Shown: positions 11,134 to 22,219 of the stretch, piece after piece
Numbering within the stretch: the stretch's first letter is position 1
How the letters are laid out: every line of letters begins with the position of its first letter
Source of the DNA: an uncultured virus (IMG/VR IMGVR_UViG_2061766007_000596)
Taxonomy: Duplodnaviria; Heunggongvirae; Uroviricota; Caudoviricetes
IMG/VR virus record: IMGVR_UViG_2061766007_000596
Strand: one strand, 5' to 3'
Length of the DNA: 64,000 nucleotides
Notes under the pieces: generated by a model
Told to the model about the DNA's origin: nothing
The model's input: only the letters and a program-made list of their open reading frames with translations
Database searches by the model: none
Position numbers and translations under genes: made by a program

Positions 11134-11319
11134 TCGCTCTTTATTTAAATATCTCCAGAATGGGAAGTTCCATTTTAAAGGATCGAGCTGTGTTACACCT
11201 AATAAATAATGATTAAGACCAGAACAAGATGATCCACGTCCCGCACCTACTATCGAACCACATTCCCAGAACATATCTACATAATGAGCAAGAGTTATAG
11301 GATAACTAAACATATTAGT
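11134..11319 (-). repeat. diverged duplicate of a dnaE segment (~9039-9224) between two N gaps
   Basis: Encodes the same ~62 aa with 2 substitutions and many synonymous differences; ~50 nt identical (11270-11319 vs 9175-9224). Confidence 0.9.
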
Positions 11320-11329
11320 NNNNNNNNNN

Positions 11330-11808
11330 ACAAACCAATAATCAAATCTCTGTCTATCTCTATTGTACCAAAATATATTAAAGTATTTATCATCAGGAGG
11401 TTGATAATAAAATGTTCTTATTTCAAAATCTTCATCTTGAAGTATTTCATTTTCAAATGTTTCAATCCCTATTTTATTTACTTCCTTCTGATTCATTCCC
11501 CAAATACCTGGACTTTCAACATCAATCCAATTATTAAAAGTTAGTTGCTCTTCACTTCCATCCCAATCTTTCCAAATTTGACATTTACTGCAAATTTTAT
11601 CTTCGCATAAATCACAAGATATTTTATCAAATTTAGGGCTACCATCATACCAATGCATTGTAAATTCATGTAAATTATATATTTTAAATAAATCATCAAA
11701 TTCTTTAATTGGACTATCAAGAATAGGCTTAAGCCATGTTTTTATTTCTTTGGTATCAAAACGATGTGATTCTCGTTCAATTAATTTTTTATCTAATTCT
11801 GTTAGCAT
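11330..11808 (-). CDS. hypothetical protein with CxxC pairs, interrupted by gap
   Basis: Open frame MLTELDKK...CDLCEDKICSKC...DYWF up to the gap. Confidence 0.6.
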
Positions 11809-12254
11809 ATAGGATACCTCAATTCTTTGCAATTAAAAAATTTTTGTAATGCAACTCGTTCACTACACTTATTAGTTGGAGTTTCGTACACCATAAGTAC
11901 AATAATTGGTTCACAAGGCAAGTCTAATTCTTTTTTAAACTTAGCTGCACAATATTCGAAAGCTCGAAGTGTGCGTTCTTTATCAACAAGAGAATGAAGT
12001 AATTGTTCATACTCTACCATTGTAGGACATGCGGGAGCCAGGTCTTTAGCATCACATGGACAGGTATGAACACCTTCCCGCTGGACTATAAGTGGTTCAT
12101 ATCTTAAACCATTTACGATACCTCGATTATCTAAAAAATATTCTTGTCCTTCTTTTGGGCGGTACCAATCTGGATCTGATAATGCTGTAGAGACAGGAAT
12201 CATCCATTGTTTAAAGTGACGAATCTGGTAAAAGTATGAAGTGGCTAGTTTCAA
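11802..12254 (-). CDS. DUF488-like protein
   Basis: N-terminal TSYF and C-terminal VLMVYE...CSER resemble the DUF488 LLCYE...CHR pattern. Confidence 0.5.
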   Translation of the reverse strand: MKLATSYFYQIRHFKQWMIPVSTALSDPDWYRPKEGQEYFLDNRGIVNGLRYEPLIVQREGVHTCPCDAKDLAPACPTMVEYEQLLHSLVDKERTLRAFEYCAAKFKKELDLPCEPIIVLMVYETPTNKCSERVALQKFFNCKELRYPIC

Positions 12255-12472
12255 TCAAGACGCTCCTCCTTTATAGCCGCTTGTATATCTAATTGGTCTC
12301 CACAATCAATATCCTCTATTTCACAGAAAGGTTTATATTCAAATAATTTATTTCCAAATTTAAATACTGTCATACTCTTTCCGAAATCTGTTTTCCAATC
12401 AGAACCACTTAAAAAAATTTGTAATTTAGTCCCATCAGAAAGTTTTTCTATTTCTTCTCTTGTTATTCTCAT
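12251..12472 (-). CDS. hypothetical protein
   Basis: GGAGG RBS; tight packing with neighbours. Confidence 0.6.
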   Translation of the reverse strand: MRITREEIEKLSDGTKLQIFLSGSDWKTDFGKSMTVFKFGNKLFEYKPFCEIEDIDCGDQLDIQAAIKEERLD

Positions 12473-12473
12473 T

Positions 12474-12698
12474 TTAATCCTCCTGTAGCTCAAGCCAATC
12501 AATAAATTTTTCTATCCAGAAATCATCAGGGATTAAATGACCAGCTTCATAAGTACCACTAAAATCTTCCCATAACTGTTCTAATTTATAATCAGAGCAA
12601 GTTAATGTTCCATATTCTGAAGTAATAGTTTCTCTTATTAATTTAGCATCTTCTGGATATCTAGGTTTTTTATCATAAGGTGTAAAATATTTACTCAT
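12474..12698 (-). CDS. hypothetical protein
   Basis: Tightly packed ORF (MSKYFTPY...). Confidence 0.6.
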   Translation of the reverse strand: MSKYFTPYDKKPRYPEDAKLIRETITSEYGTLTCSDYKLEQLWEDFSGTYEAGHLIPDDFWIEKFIDWLELQED

Positions 12699-12700
12699 AT

Positions 12701-12919
12701 TTACCCTTTCTTCCAAGGATTTACATTACCTTTACAATATTCATGCAGATATTCTAACATTTTATCTTCCTCTGGAAAGAAAAGGTCTATCTGTTTTGTG
12801 CTTACAAGCCAACCAAAAAAGTTTGAACATAGCTGACCGAATTTCCAATCTGGAAAATACTCTTTATGTATTTGACAAAGTTCTGTATAAAAGTTATCTA
12901 ATCTATTAGGGTCTCTCAT
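12701..12919 (-). CDS. small phage protein (MRDPNR...PDW.FGQ type)
   Basis: Recognisable recurring phage motif MRDPNRLD...FPDWKFGQL. Confidence 0.65.
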   Translation of the reverse strand: MRDPNRLDNFYTELCQIHKEYFPDWKFGQLCSNFFGWLVSTKQIDLFFPEEDKMLEYLHEYCKGNVNPWKKG

Positions 12920-13158
12920 TAATCATGTTCTCCTATTGCTTCATCTAATATCTGGATAAATCTCATAAGATCTCGATTCATAGCTTCTTCAAGGAATCTC
13001 CCATACTTATCTAATCTAGCTTCACAAGAATAGGCTCTATAAAGAGCATCTTTATAACGATAAACAAGAGAATCATACATATAGCCCTTGAGATGCTTTT
13101 CATGTTCATTTTTATTATTATAATAATCAAATACTTCAATTACTTTATTTTCGTCCAT
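12919..13158 (-). CDS. hypothetical protein
   Basis: AAGGAG RBS; coupled to the next gene. Confidence 0.6.
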   Translation of the reverse strand: MDENKVIEVFDYYNNKNEHEKHLKGYMYDSLVYRYKDALYRAYSCEARLDKYGRFLEEAMNRDLMRFIQILDEAIGEHD

Positions 13159-13456
13159 TATTAATTCTCCTTTTATTTTATATNNNNNNNNNNNNNNNNN
13201 NNNNNNNNNNNNNNNNNNNNNNNNNNNNNNNNNNNNNNNNNNNNNNNNNNNNNNNNNNNNNNNNNNNNNNNNNNNNNNNNNNNNNNNNNNNNNNNNNNNN
13301 NNNNNNNNNNNNNNNNNNNNNNNNNNNNNNNNNNNNNNNNNNNNNNNNNNNNNNNNNNNNNNNNNNNNNNNNNNNNNNNNNNNNNNNNNNNNNNNNNNNN
13401 NNNNNNNNNNNNNNNNNNNNNNNNNNNNNNNNNNNNNNNNNNNNNNNNNNNNNNNN

Positions 13457-14627
13457 TTAATACTAACTTAGAAGATGCTCTAGTAGCTGCTGTATATAAC
13501 CATCTAGCATGTTCTTCTTTAGAGAAAGGGAAATCTTCTTCAATTACAAGTACCTTATCCCACTCAGAACCTTGAGCTGCATGACAAGTAACCGCATATC
13601 CATATGTAGCTTGTCTAGGAAGGATATCTCCTATTTTATTTCTTAGTTTTCCTAATCTATATGAAATTCTCCAATCTACACAAGGAGTTTCATTAAGTAA
13701 AAAATCTTTATCTAAATTAACTGCGGGGTACATACTACCCACTTCTGGAGTAAAATCGCACATAATAGTAGGAATCTGGTATCTATCATTTTTTATATAA
13801 TAAGGTATTCTAATATAACTATCATATATATTATTAACTGTTCCAATTATTCCATTTACTATTGCATCACCTTCATCATTCAAGTCTTCCCAATAATTAC
13901 GTTTAAAAATTATTTTTTCACCTGGCTGAAGCACTCCTTCAAATCCAAGTAATTGACGCATTTGATTATTTATATTATGTCTTGTTATATTAGTTGCAGT
14001 AAGAATTGTATCTGCCCAAAGTAGATGACCTGTAACTAATTCTTTTTTAGGAATAATCATTACTTCTTCGCCTGATGTATATTCAATTTTTTCACCATTT
14101 CTAATTTTCATGGTTAGCTGAATGATTTCTGATTCAGCAGCTTGACGCATAATCTGATCAAGAAATACATCGGGATGGTCTAATATATCATGTGTTTCAT
14201 CTTTATCAATCTGTGGGAGCTGGCCTGGGTCTCCTAAGAATAGAATGAATGCTTTATGTTTCAAAAGTATATCTATCATTGACTTAGGTACCATTGATAC
14301 CTCATCTACTACCACAATAGTGTACTCTAAAAACATTTTAGGCTTTCTAAAAAATCCACCACCTGGCTTGGGGATACTATCATAAAGTAGTCTATGAAGT
14401 GTCATAGCATTTTTATTTCCTTTTTTACGAAGGACTTCTGCAGCTTTACCCGTATAAGAACAATAAGCCACTTTATCTTCATCTACATCGAGTGCTTCTA
14501 TAATAAAACGTACTAGAGTAGATTTTCCGGTACCTGCATAACCACTAATAACAGCATATTTTTCATGGTCATTATATTTAGTTAAAACTTTCTTTAATCC
14601 TTCTTCTTGCTTTCTTGTTAATTCCAT
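13457..14627 (-). CDS. SF1B helicase (RecD/Dda-like); stop lies in gap
   Basis: GYAGTGKS, TLHRLLY, VDEVSM, GDPGQL, MRQ, YAVTCHAAQGSEW and LYTAATRA motifs. Confidence 0.92.
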
Positions 14628-14658
14628 TCTTATCACCTTCTTTTTTTTCTTATAATAT

Positions 14659-14687
14659 ATTATATCATATTTTTTTAAAAAAATCAA
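14659..14687 (-). promoter_or_regulatory. sigmaA-type promoter
   Basis: TTGATT-17 bp-TATAAT with extended -10 TG, upstream of the helicase. Confidence 0.75.
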
Positions 14688-14712
14688 GCGGAAGATTAAT
14701 AATCTTCCGCTT
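14686..14712 (-). terminator. intrinsic terminator fused to the -35 box
   Basis: 12-bp stem AAGCGGAAGATT/AATCTTCCGCTT followed by GATTTTTTT. Confidence 0.75.
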
Positions 14713-15368
14713 TTCCTCCCCATTGTTCAGCCATTGCTTTGGCAAAACCAGGGAATGTTTTACTTCTTATTTTACCTCTTTCACTTTTAGGGGCATTAGA
14801 ATACCATTCTGGCATAGATTTTCCAGATTTTAATTGTTGCCNNNNNNNNNNNNNNNNNNNNAGTAGGAATTAATTTAGGTAATCCTTTTAACCATAAACA
14901 AGTTCTTTTTTCAGCTGCGTCACCAAACATATATGGCTGTATAATTTGATCTGGTTTACGATAATGTGAATTCATATATCCAATAGGGTTTTCTATTGCG
15001 ATTTTATCGCAATTAGCATTAACAAAAGCCATAAAAAATTTGGCGGCTTCTTCTCTTAATTTAATTCTTTCTAAAGCTTTTTCCCCATATTTTTCTACAT
15101 TAAACCAACGATTACCGGTTACTGTAAGATATGTGCAAGGCGGATGAGCGATAATTAAATCCCATTTTCCTTCTATTGAATGTAATATTCCATCTACAGT
15201 TATAAATGAGCAAGAACCATTAAGTAATGATAAACAATCTTCTTTAATATGCCATTCTGGATGTTCTCCAGAACAATCTATTATATCACAACTATATGCT
15301 TCATGACCCAATTTACGAAAAGCAGTGCATACTCTTTGACTTTCTTCACAAGCTACTAATACTTTCAT
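14696..15368 (-). CDS. DNA cytosine methyltransferase-like protein (spans a gap)
   Basis: VLVACEES (motif-I-like), HPPC (motif IV) and IENP (motif VI); beyond the gap the frame continues ...RSKTFPGFAKAMAEQWG..Y*. Confidence 0.75.
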
Positions 15369-15418
15369 ATATATACCTCAGCATATTATTGTTGGTGAAC
15401 CAGAACAAGTATATATTA

Positions 15419-15673
15419 TTATTGACATTTTTCTACCTCTATATCAAAACCTTTTAATTTTGCAATAACTTTATTATCATAAAACTGTTCTGATAAATAT
15501 TGCATTATTTTTTGAATTTGATTAACATCCCATATGTCTGTATCAAAAGTTAAAATAATGGTATCTCCTTTATCTATTTTTAAAGTAGAAATATCAAATC
15601 TTAATCCTATATCATCATTTATCATACAATCAAAATACATAAGCACACCTTCCGACGATTTCATAATCATCAA
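15419..15673 (-). CDS. hypothetical protein
   Basis: 84-aa ORF between recJ and the methyltransferase; start uncertain. Confidence 0.5.
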   Translation of the reverse strand: MMIMKSSEGVLMYFDCMINDDIGLRFDISTLKIDKGDTIILTFDTDIWDVNQIQKIMQYLSEQFYDNKVIAKLKGFDIEVEKCQ

Positions 15674-17431
15674 TTAAAATTTGTGCGTATTTATTTCCAT
15701 TCCATTCATTAATATTACATCTACCAACTATATCTATTTCAACATAACCATATTCAGAATATAATTTATCATACTCTTCATCCGGCATCCTAAATTTAAT
15801 TAAAGTAATTCCATTAGGTAAAGTTATTTTAACTGTATTAGATGCCATCATAGTAATATTATCTTTAGTTACTTTAATTCCTTGAATAGCTATAACCGCC
15901 TCATCTACATCTTTANNNNNNNNNNNNNNNNNNNTATATCTAAAATAGCTTGTTTATTTGTGGTTTCTGGAGTCCAGATATAATCAACATAATACATAGG
16001 TTCCGATGACATATCTTTAAGTTGTTCATCAGTTTTATTAACAAATTCATTTATATTTTCTTGGCGAATACCAAGTCCAAATGCTCCTTGATGCCCGACT
16101 GTATATTCACAGACTTGGGTTCCCGCACATATATCTTTAAATTCAGTTACACCAACTTTATCACAACCACGTGCTGAACCTTGATATGATACTTTATCAT
16201 AGGCAATTAATTTTGCTCCTTTAGCATCCTCTGCCCATTGCCTATCAATAGTTTTAGTAAGCATACAACATGGACGTTGATATTTAGCCATAAGTTTATT
16301 AGCTATTAAACCTCTAATTTCAGGTTTAATTTGTCCAGGCTCAAGAAGAAATAACAATACTTTATGTTCCATCATATTATTATCTTTAATAAGATGTTCA
16401 ACTAATTCAAGTCCTTTTTCTTCTTCTCTTCCTTGTCTATTTTTAACGTTAGTACAAGTCCTTACTGCTTGGTCTACAACTCTTTCAGTTTCACCTAATT
16501 TATGTCCTCTTTTGTTAGAAGGTATTTGTTTAAATGCTTTAAATTTAAGCATTGAATCAAATATAAGCTCTTTTTCTTCTAATGTTCCACTTCTTGTAAT
16601 AGCATTAACAAAAGGAACAATATAAAATGTCTCTCCCCAAGTAGTAGGATTATCACCAAGTTTAAATTTATTTTTCTGCCACATTTCATAAATAAATGGA
16701 TTAATAATGCGGTCTGGTTCTAAACCTTTGAATATTAATTGCCTTGTTTCAAAAGATTTAAGACTCATCATATCTCCAGTATTACCAAGAGCTACTAAAT
16801 CAAGATATTGGTCTGCATAATTTTGACCAATCATTTTATCTACATATTTACAAAATTGCCATGTTACACCCACTCCAGATAAATCTTTATTAGGATATTG
16901 GGGGAGCTGGCTATTAATTAGATAACAATTAGGATATGATTGTCCTTCAATTTCATGATGATCAAGAATAATTATATTTTTACCTTGTTCATATAATTCT
17001 TGAAGTTGATTCCAATCATTACTTCCCGCGTCAGGAATAATAATAGTTGTTGCTCCTACATCTTGAATCCAATCCATTGCATCTTGCAATCCGTGTTGTT
17101 TTCCTTCATGCAAAAAATAGAAAACACGATTTTCTGTGAAGCTAGGGGCTAAATCATAAATATAGTTAATTAAAAGTGCGGCAGATGTATATCCATCACA
17201 ATCACAATCAACTATTACTGCTATTGTTGCATCTAAATTATGAAGAACCTCCATAATAAAAATATCAGCTGCTTTTGATATAACATCACCAAAAATATCA
17301 GGTGAATTAATATCATCATCAGTTAAATTCATATAATGAACTAAGTCATTTTCATTAATACCTCGATTAATAAATATTTGCTGTTTAGCAGAATACTTAT
17401 CATCTGGTTGATTAATTAATTCATATTTCAT
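15630..17431 (-). CDS. recJ: RecJ-like DHH ssDNA exonuclease (spans a gap)
   Basis: DCDCDG, HG, PD, LDHH, GSAR and GHQGAFG; KDVDEAVIAI...NEWNG...YVF continues beyond the gap as the C-terminal OB domain. Confidence 0.9.
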
Positions 17432-17691
17432 ACTATATCAATATCTCCATCTTCTAAATGATCTGCAATAGCGATAGGAATCCCATGATACTCTTTTTTA
17501 TCAAACATTCCTACTAAAGAAGTTCCTCTATAATAATCATATATACTATCTGCTTTCATTACATTAAATGTTTTATAATTCATAACAAGATAATTAGGAT
17601 GTTTTCCTTCATTATTTTTTTCATATAAAAAAATAGATTTATTTAATATATCATAATTAATTGCTGTTTTATATACATTACACTTAACCAT
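17428..17691 (-). CDS. hypothetical protein
   Basis: 87 aa, overlapping both neighbours. Confidence 0.65.
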   Translation of the reverse strand: MVKCNVYKTAINYDILNKSIFLYEKNNEGKHPNYLVMNYKTFNVMKADSIYDYYRGTSLVGMFDKKEYHGIPIAIADHLEDGDIDIV

Positions 17692-18802
17692 ATAAATTTA
17701 CACGCTCCTTAAATAATTTTATAAATACATCTTTATCTTTATCTATTGGACTATCTTTATATCCTAATAGATTATTTTTATCAAACATAAAACTAATTTG
17801 AACATATTTACCATATCGTTTATGTATATTTTTTAAATTTTTAGTTAATTTTTGAAATTCATCATCACCAGGCTCTTTGAACTGTTTATCTAAAGCTACT
17901 ATAATTTCTTCTACTCCTAATTGAATAAGAAGCCAAGCTTGATAAGCAATAAATGAACTTCCGCATATCGCCACTGAAATATCATTATTTTCTCCAAAAA
18001 AGGAAGAATATTTTAAACAAGATTTTTCTCCTTCAAATACAATAGCTTTTTTTATCTTTTTTATATTATCCTTACAATTATTTAAATTATAAAGATTATA
18101 TGATAAAGGATGATTATACATTTGTCCAGATATGCGGGCTGGCATATATTTACCATATTTTTCAGCTTGCTCTTGAATAAGAGTTCTTTCTCTAATTCCA
18201 ATTAATCTTCCTTTAATATCATAGTGGGGAATAACTATACCTTGACTTTGTGGATTGAAACATATATTATGTCTATCCATTACAGATTTAGAAATTCCTT
18301 CTTCTTCCCAAGGTTCTATTCTAGGTCTAGGAAGATTTTTTAAAAAATAACCATCATATTCTTTTAATTCAATTTGTTGTGTATTTATATTTATATTTTT
18401 TATTCTATCATAATTTTCCAGAATTGTCAAATCATCTTTAATACTAATCTCACTATCATCTTCAATTGCATTAGCTGAATAACCAAATTTACGAGCTATA
18501 TAATCAATAGCTTCGGGAAGATTCCATGCGGAATCCTTCCTAGGCTTCGGATGTTCTCGACTCATAACTTTTCGAGTTAACTCAAAGATGTCAAAAGTCT
18601 CGCTGCAATCTGTATAGCATTTGAATAGAGATGTATTGGGATAGTAATATAACTTATGACTCTCACCACAATGACATATTGTCTTGGAGACAATCAGATT
18701 ATTCCGGCGAATAGGTTCTCCACCAAACTCGGTTAATACTTCTTCTACATCTTCAAGACTTAAATTTTCCTTAATTTCATCTTTGTTGTAATCATAATGC
18801 AT
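17684..18802 (-). CDS. DNA primase (Zn finger + TOPRIM)
   Basis: TICH...FKCYTDC, IPHYD..G.LIGIRER, FEGEKS and ALD motifs; adjacent to the helicase. Confidence 0.88.
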   Translation of the reverse strand: MHYDYNKDEIKENLSLEDVEEVLTEFGGEPIRRNNLIVSKTICHCGESHKLYYYPNTSLFKCYTDCSETFDIFELTRKVMSREHPKPRKDSAWNLPEAIDYIARKFGYSANAIEDDSEISIKDDLTILENYDRIKNININTQQIELKEYDGYFLKNLPRPRIEPWEEEGISKSVMDRHNICFNPQSQGIVIPHYDIKGRLIGIRERTLIQEQAEKYGKYMPARISGQMYNHPLSYNLYNLNNCKDNIKKIKKAIVFEGEKSCLKYSSFFGENNDISVAICGSSFIAYQAWLLIQLGVEEIIVALDKQFKEPGDDEFQKLTKNLKNIHKRYGKYVQISFMFDKNNLLGYKDSPIDKDKDVFIKLFKERVNLYG

Positions 18803-18854
18803 AACACGTAGTTAACTCCTAGCTAATTATAGTTTAATTATTTTTAATAAAATG

Positions 18855-20390
18855 TTAAAATGCAGAGGCGTCTCTAATTTTTATTTTCAAATCTTCCATG
18901 TCTACTAATTCATAAGTCCATTTAGTTACAAACTGTGGATTAATACGACATATTCCGCGGTCAGCCTTACACCACAAATAGATACCTTTCCATCTACCAC
19001 GTCTATTTTTATAGATAGATATTTTAATATCTGGCATTTCTATTCCTAATCTTTTAACAAGAGGGTCAAGAGCTTCTTTATCTTTTTTAGTCGTCTCAAG
19101 CATAATCATACCTAAATCAATTTTATCTGCAATTGACTTAGCTCCACGAAGTAAATTCTGATCTGGAGTTTCTGATTCTGTATAATCAGCATTAAGCTGT
19201 GTAGCTGACATAATAAATACTCCATACTGGTTGCAAAGGTCTTTAAGACGAATAGACATCATGAATAAAATGTTATCTTCTCTAAGGCGGACGCCACCAC
19301 TACGTTTTGTTATTTCTTCAAGAATACGCATTGATGTATGAATATAATCTAAAAAAATATATTTTGTTCCATGCTCACGTATTCCACGAATGATGGTGTT
19401 CTCAATATCTTTAAGAGAGAAATCTGGCAAAGATTCAAAATAAATAGGACTCTGCTTAATAATTTGTGCAGCTTTCTGTACTCTCTCCCATTCTCCAGCA
19501 AAATATTCTCCATCAAGAATATGCTGTTCATCTACACCTGAAACAAAAGCAATCATCATAGTTTGAACTTCACTCAAATCCTGCTCTGTTGCAATATACA
19601 TTACAGATTCTGATTCTCCTATACTAATCCATTTATTAGTTTCAAGGTCAAACATCTGAAAGCAACCTATATGGCACACATCTGCGGCAATCGCTCTACT
19701 TTTACCTACACCAGTTGCAGCTGAACGTAGATAAAATTTCTTTAACCGGGCCCCGCGCGTTACAGTATTCATATATTTTCCATACAGCGGGTAACCAATT
19801 TCCGGAGTCTCCTTTAATGACTCAAGAAGCTCGTCAATACCTTCTCCAGCCTGCGTCCCGCATATTAAACTATTATCAATGCACTGTGCCTTAATTTCAA
19901 CAATTTTATCATCAATAACATTTGCTATTTCAACAAGAGAAGAATTATCTAACCATTCTTCTTGCTCTTGTTTCTTTTTAACATCAAATAAATTATCGGG
20001 GTCATAAAGCCAAGATAAATCCATTCCCGCAATATTCTGATAAGCTCTAAGTAATGACATTTTTTTCATTCTATTGTAGTAGTAATCAAATGTAGAAATA
20101 GATGCGGAATCCGCACACTTTAAAAGATATTCATTACCTTTATTTGTATCAAATATTGCTTTTTTCTTAGGGCGGGAAGAGAGATAATCTTCTATTGCAT
20201 TTAATGTAATTTCAGATACTCCAAGCTGATGCAAATTAAAAATTGCACCAAATACTATTTTATGAAAATCATCTACAAAATCTTCTTCACTAAAGAAATA
20301 TTTATCTGTAGCTTCAAGTATTTTTGGATTAGAAAATACATTCCCTATAACATTTGTTAATGCTGCTATGTCAATATATTTAGTCGTCAT
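18855..20390 (-). CDS. replicative DnaB-like helicase
   Basis: Walker A AATGVGKS, IATEQ, FLDYI, ATQLN, LRGAK and YKNRRG. Confidence 0.92.
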   Translation of the reverse strand: MTTKYIDIAALTNVIGNVFSNPKILEATDKYFFSEEDFVDDFHKIVFGAIFNLHQLGVSEITLNAIEDYLSSRPKKKAIFDTNKGNEYLLKCADSASISTFDYYYNRMKKMSLLRAYQNIAGMDLSWLYDPDNLFDVKKKQEQEEWLDNSSLVEIANVIDDKIVEIKAQCIDNSLICGTQAGEGIDELLESLKETPEIGYPLYGKYMNTVTRGARLKKFYLRSAATGVGKSRAIAADVCHIGCFQMFDLETNKWISIGESESVMYIATEQDLSEVQTMMIAFVSGVDEQHILDGEYFAGEWERVQKAAQIIKQSPIYFESLPDFSLKDIENTIIRGIREHGTKYIFLDYIHTSMRILEEITKRSGGVRLREDNILFMMSIRLKDLCNQYGVFIMSATQLNADYTESETPDQNLLRGAKSIADKIDLGMIMLETTKKDKEALDPLVKRLGIEMPDIKISIYKNRRGRWKGIYLWCKADRGICRINPQFVTKWTYELVDMEDLKIKIRDASAF

Positions 20391-20825
20391 TTTCCACCTC
20401 ATCATCTAAATTAAATAATCTTTTAGGTAATTTAATTTCCGGAGGCGGAATAACAACCTCTTTTACCCTATTAGTTAATTCTACTATATCTTTATTTTCA
20501 TTTTGTGATTGAGCAACGAAAAGACTATAATAATAATTATACGCATCTTTATAACAGAATGGTACTATACCAATTCCGCCTTTTGACTTATCTGGTGAAT
20601 TGCCTTTCACTTCGTAAAACCAAATTAAAGATTTTAATATACCAGATAAACTATATTTATAATCTTTTTGATAATCTTTAAGTTGTTTGTTGATAAGCAC
20701 CCAATTAGCGGAAGTCCCATATAATTTATTTATATAGTCTTTTAATGCTATTAAATCTTTATCTTCTTCTTTAACTTCCATTGGGACAAAGTCTGTGTTA
20801 TCGGGATAACATTCTGCGTGTCCAT
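20380..20825 (-). CDS. hypothetical protein (possible helicase loader/partner); 5' end in gap
   Basis: Open frame running into the gap; GIGIVP motif; directly upstream of the helicase. Confidence 0.6.
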
Positions 20826-20957
20826 NNNNNNNNNNNNNNNNNNNNNNNNNNNNNNNNNNNNNNNNNNNNNNNNNNNNNNNNNNNNNNNNNNNNNNNNNNN
20901 NNNNNNNNNNNNNNNNNNNNNNNNNNNNNNNNNNNNNNNNNNNNNNNTTTTATAAAA

Positions 20958-20987
20958 AGTCAAGCGGAAGACTTGCGCCTCCCGCCT
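20958..20987 (-). terminator. GCAA-tetraloop terminator fused to a TTGACT -35 box
   Basis: GCGGGAGGC-GCAA-GTCTTCCGC followed by TTGACTTTTT; the rest of the promoter is in the gap. Confidence 0.7.
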
Positions 20988-20992
20988 GTATA

Positions 20993-21986
20993 TTATTTTT
21001 CTTTTATTAATTCTTTTAAATCATCAATTATAAGTGAAAGCTGCTCAACCTGTGCTCTTGTGCACTGAGATACTTTTTTACCGGTACCAAGATACTTCAC
21101 TGTGATTTCAGTAATTCTTGGTGCCCAATATTCAATGAATTGTTTTCCTTCATCCGTGGACTGGGTAGTATCACTTGAACCGGGTATATTAGCAATAATT
21201 TCACTAAATTCTTTCATTAATGTATCATAATCAAGTTCTTTTACCGGCTCCTGGATTTTTGATTCTACTACTTTTCCACCCCTTTCCTCTTCTTTATCAA
21301 TAGCTGCATTAAGAGCATCTACAAGAGGCTTATATCCAAATGGAATTCTAGGTTCAATATATTGGAATCTACATCCTACATCTACCATTCCATCAAGAGA
21401 ACGAAGCATCATATATCTTTCCTGTGTAGTTGGATCAAAATATCCATAAGCAATAATATCAGCCATATTTTTAATAATATTATTAAGAGAAGACTGTGCG
21501 GTAGGTACTATACGATTAAACTTGCTACCATCAGGTCTAGTAACTTCTTCTGTTTTATCATGTGAAATAAATAGAACTGCGTATCCTTCCATTGCGATTG
21601 TACGGAATACTTCTTCTAATTCTTTCTTAAATACGCTCCAACCATTCTTGCTCCATCCACCTTCTCCAAGTGTCTGAATATCAAGCTGTGCGCATACATA
21701 CTTTTCAGCAAAAGAAGCGCATACGTCAATAGTATCAAAAGCTAATGCTTTATATCTTGCTTTAAATTTTTCATCTTTACAATATCTCATAATTGCGCGG
21801 ATGTCAGACCAATTCTTTGCTTTCTGAACATAGGCTCCGGTTAATGCACGAGTACCATCTTCACAAGCTACAATAAGAGCACCCATATCTCTAGCAAGAG
21901 TTGTTTTACCAACTTTGGGGGCTCCATATATATAAGTAATATAGCCAGAAAGATCGCGGCTAATGGTCGAAGGCTCTAACGCTAAT
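20993..21986 (-). CDS. Sak4-like/AAA_24 P-loop ATPase; start in gap
   Basis: The frame extends upstream of the track ORF to give YIYGAPKVGKTT; also FDTID and LFISH. Confidence 0.8.
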
Positions 21987-22101
21987 NNNNNNNNNNNNNN
22001 NNNNNNNNNNNNNNNNNNNAAAATTTCCTAATCACCTTTTTGAATCTGAAGTGCGATTGAAAGCGCCCCGACAGATTAATCCTCTTTAATCTAAAAAGGG
22101 T

Positions 22102-22131
22102 AAAAAGGTAGAGGGGACAAGCCCCTCTGCC
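22102..22131 (-). terminator. intrinsic terminator
   Basis: GGCAGAGGGG-CTTGT-CCCCTCTACC followed by TTTTT, downstream of the SSB-like gene. Confidence 0.8.
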
Positions 22132-22219
22132 TTATATTTATTAATTGAACTTATTGATTTAATTACTCCTTTAGAGGGATATACTGCCCTTGAGTGCTTT
22201 ACAGTCCAATAAGTTTTTA

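Noticed and set aside
15630..17431. Split or frameshifted recJ (similarly the methyltransferase, ligA and nrdG)
   Set aside because: Frame changes occur only across N runs of estimated length.
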